DNA of 53,614 bases, counting the filler, from Trypethelium eluteriae (lineage: Eukaryota): NCBI GenBank assembly GCA_051942245.1. It is 2 parts of 2 records of this genome, joined end to end, with 100 filler letters (N's around TTAATTAATTAA, not from the genome) between each part and the next. Parts side by side here need not be neighbours in the genome. Positions count along the whole stretch, not along the records: positions 26,865 to 53,614 come from JAVECL010000345.1; 1 more part is not named here. One strand, given 5' to 3'. A program made the position numbers and the translations under genes. The notes beneath the pieces were generated by a model. The model saw nothing but the letters and a program-made list of their open reading frames with translations, made no database searches and was not told the DNA's origin. Position 1 is the first letter of the stretch. Every line of letters starts with the position of its first letter. Below, one piece after another: positions 47,562 to 53,614 of the stretch.

Positions 47562-49173
47562 GGTCTCTGTGGGTGATAGTTGCGGATCGTTGTAGAGAAG
47601 ATAACCAGATTAATTAGCGGGCGGACCGGAGGAAATTTTTGGAGGGCCGTGGGTAACTATGAACTTGTACTCGGCCAATATCCCGATACTGAGGGTATAA
47701 TCGAGGAGACTGGAGTCGATGGCAGTGAAGATTATTGCATGTTGAGATCCAGCTGCTTCAGTGGGTGTCTTTCCAAAAGCATAAACTGAGTGGAGCTCTT
47801 CGAGCCTGCCAGGAGAGCTCTAGCCAGTCGGCTTACCGTGAACTTGAATGAAAGAGGGAAATTGTACAAGAAAAGAGCCAAGAGTTTTGGAGGCGGAAAC
47901 GGAGAGTTTTGTTGTTGGCAATTTCGCTGATATACAGCTGTGGCTGCGGAAGGGGGCCTCAGAACATTGGATCTTCGACATCGCACAGCTTTTCCTGTCT
48001 GATTACTCCGGTGTATCTGTGCCTATTCTGGAAAAAGGCGCAGTGCTCAGGCTAAGCATCTCGGTCTCAGAAGGAATCAGGAGGTCTTGTGCGGGAACAA
48101 AAAAAGAAAGGATGGCGTTTGAAATACAAGAAGAACTGGAAGACGAATGCATACAATATGGAATTCCCAAAGTCGAGAACTTCTTCTTATCTGAAGTTGT
48201 CTGGATGTAACTATTCACAAACAGCGAGCGCATATTTCTTGGGATCACTTCGACATTTCCGAACCTTGCCGGTAAACAGTAGAATACCTACTGCAAGATC
48301 TGTGGCGCGTTGGTCATGTTGCAAGACGAAGCTTGAATAGCGCAACGGCTCGAGTAAGTGAACCCTCGGGCGAGAGACTAGAATCACTACCGCCATCCCG
48401 GTTGATGAATTAGAAGATTGTGAAATGGCGAAGTTCTACGAGAGCGTCAGTTAGCGCACTAAATTTGGTACACGGCGACCGGTGGTTAGACTCAGGCGAG
48501 GCCCTTGCTAAAACGTTAGGCGACTGTTGCTAAGACGTTAGCGACTCTAGCACGGCTCGGTCTAATGAATAGACCGGCAAACAACCAGACTCCAGACCTC
48601 AGCCTCCAACTTTCCACTGACCACCTGACTTTGGGAAATATGAACTGTGTGTCAGCTCTGCCTGTTCCCGATTTTCGAAAAGTATTTTGTTGAAGAAGAG
48701 GCCGCTGCACAGGTAAGGAAAGCCTCAATAGAGGTGGCCTGCGTCCTCATTGGAACAGTAGAAGGATACAATAGCCTTCGTCGATTGATATTTATTGGCG
48801 CCATTCGCTACCGAACTATCTTTTCGATCAACAAGGCGTCGTTCTTCCGGTGAAAGTTTCAAACTCAGCTATAGCTATCATTGTAATTTGGGGTTCAAAA
48901 AAAGGTCATCCTCCATGCCTTTACTAACTTAGCTTTGCTTCCGAAAATGACTCCCACCATCGACCGCCATTTCAGACAGGTAACTAGCGATATGGGGTCC
49001 GAGAAAGAAGTCAAGATAAAAAGCATCCTTTGGTCGTGCAACTTCTGTACTCATCTAAACAACTCACAATCACTCTTCACTCATTACAAGCCTTTCCTAC
49101 TTGGGCAACTTGACCTTCTTGATCAACACAACTTTCTTTACAATCAAACTTTCAAATCCTCCAATCTTTCAAA

Positions 49174-49659
49174 ATGAAGTTCTTGAACGCTGCTGCCACA
49201 CTCGGCTTCGTGGCGGGTGTTGTTGCCCAATCCCAATCTACCATCACATCTATCAGCGACGCTCAAGCTACCAAGCTCGTCTCAGACTTGGCTAGCTACC
49301 AGCTTTCGGTCTTTGGAAATCCCAGCGTCAACTCCCTCTGGTCTGTTGTCTCGAGCCAGGTCCCTGAGAGCGCCTTGGAGTCGTTCGACCCAGACGCGGC
49401 AGTCTCATCCGTCTACGGTACCGCTTCGGTCATCAGCTTAGGAGTGACCCCCACCATCACCCCTCAACCTTGGGAGACATATCTGAAGCCCAGCGTTCAG
49501 ACCCAGGTCGACAAATTTTTCACGAGTGTCCTCGTTGCTCAACAGAGCATCGTCAACAAGGATTTGCCCGGCTCTTCTGGCACGATTTTGCCCAATGGCT
49601 TGGGCTGGGTGCTTGGTGCCATCGCTGGCGGAGTTGGTGTCGTTGCTGTGATGTTGTGA
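49174..49659 (+). CDS. Small secreted, probably GPI-anchored cell-wall protein (161 aa, intronless)
   Basis: Signal peptide MKFLNAAATLGFVAGVVAQ; Ser-rich; C-terminal GSSG followed by a hydrophobic tail ending GVVAVML. Confidence 0.88.
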   Translation: MKFLNAAATLGFVAGVVAQSQSTITSISDAQATKLVSDLASYQLSVFGNPSVNSLWSVVSSQVPESALESFDPDAAVSSVYGTASVISLGVTPTITPQPWETYLKPSVQTQVDKFFTSVLVAQQSIVNKDLPGSSGTILPNGLGWVLGAIAGGVGVVAVML

Positions 49660-50555
49660 GCTCGAGTTTCTTGTACAGGGAATTGGATGTTTAGGAGTCG
49701 GATGATCAACTTTGCTATCTCCTTGTGTTGTCTGTTTCCTTTTCTATTTTGCGTGCATTTAAAAGGCAATGGAGGATATCTCGATTGCAAGATTACACTG
49801 TAGCGAGTTACTTCTAGTATTATTCAAATGCATCGGAGAGTGGTCGTCTAAACCATTGTGTAACCAAATGAATCCCAATTCACGTGACTTTGCTATTCCT
49901 TCGTCAGTCAGCTGATGCACGGAACACACGCAACCTTTTCATTGCGCCCCCAAACGAGAATCCTTTCGGCTTCCTTGTTGGCTCGAGTAATTACCAGCCC
50001 AGACTCAGCCTGATCCTTCAAAGGCCTTTCGCCTTGGTAATTTTATGCGGAATGAGAATTACCGTCGCGACTTTGGAATTGGCACTCACTGACCCATAGT
50101 CATTTCTACTTCAGAAGAGCTGTGACTCCAAAAAGGTTGACATGGTGAGGAGAGCTCCCTCACCGCAGAAATACACATGACCTATCTTATTTTTCGACGC
50201 TTTGGTGTCTCCATAATCGGCCAGGGGGGCCAACACCCCATGCATTTCCGCTTTGTTTCAGCCTTCATGTGAGACCCGTATCCCAGCACAGCCGCATGGT
50301 CTATCGCTGGTGTGACAAATGAAAATCAAGAGCGCTTCCATTTTGCTGTGAAGCGCCGAACATGGCTGACTTGCAGCACCGATTTGGGCTTCTGGCCGCA
50401 ATCAATATATAGCGCTGAGTCTCTTTTTGCTACTCCTTGGTGGCCGTATCGCTCCTTTTCGTCTGTGGATACCAAACTTCAATTTCTCTCCCACAGGCGA
50501 ACGGTTTGATCGCATCGATATCCAGGCGTTCCTACAAGCTCAAGATACATCTACA

Positions 50556-51408
50556 ATGATGAAGTGTAATAGCTTCTTGGCTATCCTAAACTTGGGTGCC
50601 ATGGTTGTAGCGCAGACGACGGATCCTACGCTTCAGCAGGTACGATTCTATTGATGCTAGAAACGTCACGACTCGGAAATACATTGATTACTGAAGTGTC
50701 CATATAGGCTTCTCAAATTTTAGAAGGACAAGTCTCCGTCGCTAGAGCCTTCACGGCCAACCCGACTGTAGTGTCTCTGTTCTCAGCCATCTCCACCGCC
50801 CTCCCTTCTGACTTCTCCGCAACACCTGCGTACGAGGTAAGGCCTCTTTCACATGCTCAAATTTAATCTCATGCATACCTACGCATCGTAAATTTAAAGC
50901 ACTATTGAGGGGAGGAACTGACACTTTCCAGTCAATTATTAGCCAGTACAGCGCCGCATCCAATGGTGGGATTGACGTTGCCCTTCTTACATCCAGCGTT
51001 AGCGTTGCCACTCAAGCGTGGGAAACGCTTCTACCGTCAAGTCTGAAGGACGCATGGGATAGTTTTGAGACGAGCTTCATCTCCGATGTGCAGATGGTGG
51101 AGGCGACTCCTGTTGGCATCACGCCTGGGGCGACACTCTCGCCTTCCGTAACGAGTTCTCCTTCCAACAACTCCTCCAGCAACTCCACTACGTTTGTTAC
51201 CAGCAGACCTACAAGCAACTCAACAAGTACTTCTACATCCACGACTGGGGGAAGTTCCTCCTTGGGATCTACTGGTGCCAGCTCTTCGAGCCCCAGCTCC
51301 AGCCCAAGTTCTTCGAGCAATTCAGGTGCAGGACCAACAAATGTTCCCCGGAATGCAGGAGTAGGCGCAGCGCTTGGAGTGTTGGGCATTGCGGCGGCCT
51401 TACTTTAG
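50556..51408 (+). CDS. Ser/Thr-rich GPI-anchored cell-wall protein, 3 exons, paralogue of 49174-49659
   Basis: Exons 50556-50639, 50708-50836, 50932-51408. Signal peptide MMKCNSFLAILNLGAMVVAQ, S/T stalk, NSGA omega-like site, tail GAALGVLGIAAALL. Confidence 0.88.
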
Positions 51409-51770
51409 GAGCGACAGAGGAATATTATTTCGTTGCTTTTCAATACGCTCAACAAGGATGGCTGTGCTTAATAGGACTCTTGCTGCAATGAAAGAGAATC
51501 ACTGGGATTTCTTGTGACCAAAGGGGTTATGACCTTAGGTACATAACACGCGATATGGATGTAAGACAATATGAGATGGTTCATATTGAAGGTAGGAATT
51601 GGAAGCTGAGGACACTATGGACCATAGCTATTATGTGCGCAGCCGGCATCGTTGAATAAACTCTTCAATCCGTGAAATAATCATGCTAGAGCCCTCCGAT
51701 CAATGTAGAATGTGGACTGTGAGATGTAAAAGTCGCTTGTCGGGGTCCTGCCCAAAGAAGAAGTCTATTT

Positions 51771-51809
51771 ACGCGTGACGCGTGCCCCGCGTCTCAATTA
51801 GCATCGCGA
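51771..51809 (+). promoter_or_regulatory. MCB (MluI cell-cycle box) cluster upstream of thymidylate synthase
   Basis: ACGCGT at 51771 and 51778, CCGCGT at 51787, TCGCGA at 51804, all within 80 bp of the ATG. Thymidylate synthase is a classic MBF target in yeast. Confidence 0.75.
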
Positions 51810-51846
51810 GCCGAGTTCTCCACTGCTCATCCCAATTGTAGCACCC

Positions 51847-52997
51847 ATGGCTCCCGCAATCATTGAAGCAGGTCCTGCTGCTGGACCAGAAGTCACGCTT
51901 GAGACAAAACAGGCCCCGAAGCACGATGCAGAACCCATCGCACATCCCGATCATGAAGAGTACCAATATCTCCGTCTTATTCGCGAAATCCTAGACCGCG
52001 GAGAACATCGGCCAGATAGGTTTGTAGAGCACATCGTAGCAAGCAGTATATAATGCTGAAACTGACTGTTGATAGAACCGGCACTGGGACGTATTCCTTA
52101 TTTGCTCCTCCCGGTCTCAAATTCTCTCTATCTAAGGCTTCGTCCGAGTCCGATCCTAATGCGTCGCCAACACCGATCCTCCCTCTTCTGACTACAAAAC
52201 GCGTCTTTCTACGTGCCGTCATTGCAGAGCTATTATGGTTTGTCTCTGGGTGCACGAGCTCTAAACCTCTCAGCGAGCAAGGTGTAAAGATATGGGATGG
52301 AAACGGCAGTCGCGAATATCTCGATTCTGTAGGCCTAAGAGAAAGGGAGGAAGGCGATCTGGGACCTGTTTATGGATTTCAATGGCGCCATTTTGGCGCC
52401 GAGTACGAGAACTGCCATGCAGATTACACGGGTCAAGGGGTTGATCAACTCAAAGAAGTCATACACAAATTAAAGAATAACCCATATGATCGGAGGATAA
52501 TTCTCAGCGCATGGAATCCTGCAGATCTCAAGAAGATGGCTCTGCCTCCTTGTCATATGTTTGCACAGTTTTATGTATCATTCTCCGAGGACAAAGCGCG
52601 TCTGTCCAAAGCGACGAATGGCCATGCACAAGACTCTGGTACCAACGAACGAAAGCCGAAAGGAACGTTGCACACGCAGTTGTACCAGCGCAGCTGTGAT
52701 ATGGGTCTGGGGGTCCCATTCAATATTGCCTCCTACGCTTTGCTCACGCACATACTCGCCCATGCTTGCGACCTATTTCCTGGGACCCTAACGCATGTCA
52801 TGGGAGACGCGCATGTTTACCTTGATCATGTCGATGCATTGAAGACACAATTGGAGCGCACACCGAGACCTTTTCCGGAAATAGATATTGATAGGGAGGA
52901 TAGAGGTCAGGGCATAATTGATGGGTGGAAGGTGGAAGAACTGAAGGTGTTAGGATATGATCCATGGAAGGGCATTAGCATGAAGATGAGCGTATAG
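51847..52997 (+). CDS. CDC21: Thymidylate synthase
   Basis: [16 protein letters not shown] (intron 52020-52075), [24 protein letters not shown], catalytic [23 protein letters not shown] and GDAHVY. Confidence 0.98.
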
Positions 52998-53527
52998 CCG
53001 TCTGCGATGTGGGATTTAAGATGGGTTGGGAGGTATATAATGGCCGCTTCGGATCGTGTAAAATGAGTTCTGTCTGGTCAATGCTTCGGCGTCGTTTCGA
53101 GCTGTACGCAAAATGTACTATTGGTTGGACCTTAGAAAGTGCTTCATGGATCACTTCCCCCTTTCCTTTCCAACTCTCCTCAAGTCATTTTCTCCACTCC
53201 TTTTCTCCAACCCAAGATACACATCTCCAGGCTTCAAGCTGCTGTTTTCTCCGGTACAACAGCGACTTCGTCAATTTTGATGCTTGCCAATCCTCACCAG
53301 CTATGCAGTCCAGCTCAAGACCCACGTACAGTGTTATAGACCATGGGCTGAGTCTGCTCAGGTGAACATCAAGCTCCACGGTAATGTTTCCCCCAGCTCT
53401 GGCGACCAAAACGTCTTCGGCGACCCGCTAAGTGATTTGCCACAATACCCACGAAGGGGATGCGTGGGCAATACGACGGCGATACCCCCAAACAATTATA
53501 CCTTCCGTCCCATCCACCAGCATTCTC

Positions 53528-53614
53528 TCACCCAACCAGTAACCTCACACTCTCCACCTTCCTCTCCACTACATCCAAATACTCCACCACCTTCCCCACC
53601 TCCCTCATCACCAC
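53528..53614 (-). CDS. Possible exon or 3' end of a gene entering from the right edge (VVMREVGKVVEYLDVVERKVESVRLLVG)
   Basis: Open frame from the edge with G-ending codon bias and an amphipathic helical pattern; unidentifiable. Confidence 0.35.
   Translation of the reverse strand: MVMREVGKVVEYLDVVERKVESVRLLVG

Noticed and set aside
47848..48210. 120-aa ORF as a real gene
   Set aside because: Somewhat protein-like, but no motif, splice or promoter support; cannot be separated from chance or a relic.
22946..52997. MET6 plus thymidylate synthase as a folate/one-carbon gene cluster
   Set aside because: About 26 kb apart, unrelated genes between them, and separated by an assembly gap.
1..53614. 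tRNA, rRNA, intact transposase/RT genes or a secondary-metabolite cluster
   Set aside because: No cloverleaf with A/B boxes, no rRNA-like sequence, no DDE/RT motifs and no PKS/NRPS domains seen by eye. tRNAscan and Rfam scans would be needed to exclude small RNAs.

Overview
Eukaryotic DNA from a filamentous ascomycete (short GT-AG introns with CTAAC/CTGAC branch points; protein style suggests Eurotiomycetes, which is inference). About 19 genes can be supported. Recognisable ones are a small SET-domain methyltransferase, a DUF2408/UPF0662 protein, RPP1, a Sog2-like LRR protein, RTT106, MET6, a POF1-like nucleotidyltransferase cut by an artificial gap with a TTAATTAATTAA linker, VMA9 (four exons, absent from the ORF track), a CAX Ca2+/H+ exchanger, a LITAF-domain protein, a secreted large-subunit catalase, two tandem GPI-type cell-wall paralogues and thymidylate synthase. 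Several hypothetical proteins are also present. I see no convincing new multi-gene system. The best leads are: (1) an inverted, decayed copy of the RTT106 5' end, separated from the live gene by a MITE/foldback-like element; (2) a secreted catalase with Cys at the position of the Cys-Tyr crosslink; (3) four PacC sites plus Crz1-like sites upstream of the CAX gene; (4) a GC-AG intron in RPP1; (5) a candidate 61-aa membrane microprotein; (6) repeated sharp C-rich to G-rich skew switches. All family assignments come from motif recognition, not database searches.
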